DNA of 63,324 nucleotides, the filler included, from Olpidium bornovanus S191 (taxonomy: Eukaryota > Fungi > Olpidiomycota): the NCBI GenBank assembly GCA_017911155.1. It is 29 parts of 29 records of this genome, joined end to end, with 100 filler letters (N's around TTAATTAATTAA, not from the genome) between each part and the next. Parts side by side here need not be neighbours in the genome. Positions count along the whole stretch, not along the records: positions 62,056 to 63,324 come from JAEFCI010003693.1; 28 more parts are not named here. One strand, written 5' to 3'. Position 1 is the stretch's first letter. Each line of letters begins with the position of its first letter. Below, in pieces: positions 61,956 to 63,324 of this stretch. The translations under genes and the position numbers were made by a program. The notes under the pieces are model-generated. The model saw only the letters and a list, made by a program, of their open reading frames with translations. It searched no databases and was not told the DNA's origin.

Positions 61956-62137
61956 NNNNNNNNNNNNNNNNNNNNNNNNNNNNNNNNNNNNNNNNNNNNT
62001 TAATTAATTAANNNNNNNNNNNNNNNNNNNNNNNNNNNNNNNNNNNNNNNNNNNNCCGCCCCTTGGTCCTTCTCGGGCAGCTTCTAGCAGGATGCGCAAA
62101 AAAAAAACAAAAATGAAAGTTTTCTTTTTGATGATTG

Positions 62138-62642
62138 CTAGGCGTCGGAACTTCCGTGCTGCTGCATGACCCTCGCGGTCAGCGAGCACCGGTCCGGCGA
62201 GTACCTGTCGCCGGCGCCCTTCCCCTTCAGCTCGCTGACGTGCTTCACCCTAACGCGAACCAGCCCTCCCCGCAGCAGGCCGAGCTCCTTGCACCGCTTG
62301 AACAGGTAGAGGCGCCGGTTGTTCGTGGTGTAGAATTCGTTGTCTTTCTGCCGCGGGGGGGGGCGCGAAAGATGGGGAGCGGGTAGGGGAGGGGAAAAGC
62401 AAAACGAAAGAACCAACGGCGGACCGGGGGAAAACGAGGGAATTATTATTTATTTGCCGCCGAACAAAAAGAAGCTATACATGCCGCTGAACAGGACGAA
62501 GGAGAAGAAAATGGCGTGGCGGAGGGGAACGACGAGGAGGAGTGTCCCCTTCCCCTTCCAAACCCCAGCCCTGGCGGTCGCCGCAAAAACGAGAAAAAAA
62601 AAGTCGCACGAAAACTCCGGGCGCCCGGCGCGCCCGCCGCCG

Positions 62643-62736
<94 letters not shown>

Positions 62737-62911
62737 GTCCTCTCTCTCTCACCTGGACGACAGTAACGACGGGCAACGCGGCAGGGTCCAGGCGGCCCGC
62801 GCGGATCTCGTCGAGAGTGTGCTGGATGGTCCTCCCGCACGAGAAAACCGGACGGATCCTCGCGTGCAGGAAGCGGATTTCGGCGGGGTCGACGTCGAGG
62901 AAAAACGGCAT
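62138..62911 (-). CDS. Small (122 aa) ParB/sulfiredoxin-like fold protein of unknown function (exons 62911-62753, 62347-62138)
   Basis: IRFLHARIRPVFSCGRTIQHTLDEIRAGRLDPAALPVVTVVQ|KDNEFYTTNNRRLYLFK; a P..V...Y...NRRL pattern. The GT-AG intron keeps frame. Confidence 0.65.
62643..62750. repeat. (CT)n/(GA)n microsatellite at the intron 5' end of the ParB-like gene
   Basis: Directly visible; it starts right after the GTGAGA donor on the minus strand. Confidence 0.9.
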
Positions 62912-63252
62912 GTGTTACACCCTCCCTCCACCCTTCCCTCCACCCCCCGGACCGGCCCCCCCCCCCCAGTTTCGGGCCTGCTGGCGGGCGGGCGGGCGAA
63001 CTGCGCGAGCGAACCGCGCGAGAACGCGGGATGGAGGCGAGGAAGACGCTCCGCTCCGCACGGGCGACCTGGAGGAGGGCGGTTTTCGAGCCGGCGCGGA
63101 GATTTTTTTATTTATTTTATTTTGTATGTCTTTCCTTTTTTTTTTCCCCCAAGAGAGATTAAGGCGATGCGGAAAATTGAACGTCCGATTGCGCCTGTCG
63201 CAGGACCCCTCCTTACTTCCCGTTTTTCCCCTCGCGTGCGCCCTCCCTTCAG

Positions 63253-63285
<33 letters not shown>

Positions 63286-63324
63286 CAGACCCCCCCCCCC
63301 CCCCCCCCCCCCCCCACCCGCACA

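Overview
Eukaryotic, GC-rich, intron-rich fungal genomic DNA. The window is not one locus: it is 29 short contigs (about 1-4.7 kb) joined by 28 identical 100-nt spacers (44 N + TTAATTAATTAA + 44 N), so gene neighbourhoods are only meaningful within a contig. Most ORF-track entries are GC-driven shadow ORFs; real genes had to be rebuilt from exons. Recognisable, often partial, genes: RasGAP, AP-3 beta, SPX-VTC polyphosphate polymerase subunit, spartin/senescence-domain protein, PIH1, nitronate monooxygenase, a divergent spermidine-synthase-like protein, ERG20, Cdc24 (PB1 end), UBC2/RAD6, ketopantoate reductase-like, an orphan SAM methyltransferase, a secreted subtilase with a Thr-rich stalk, a Yap1-type bZIP, ASH2/BRE2, flavohemoglobin with an in-frame stop, FMC1, HEM4, CDC40/PRP17 and a small ParB/sulfiredoxin-like protein. 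Three degenerate Ty1/copia remnants are present, one with an intact-looking 3' LTR. A 4-exon CFAP141-like axonemal gene suggests a zoosporic (flagellated) fungus; Olpidium or chytrid grade is an inference. Best leads: a secreted helical-repeat effector candidate, a 37-bp minisatellite upstream of an intronless coiled-coil orphan, several enzymes or domains with eroded ligand motifs, and a strong excess of contig ends at CATG. No multi-gene system can be demonstrated from this fragmented window. All family calls come from motif recognition, not database searches.
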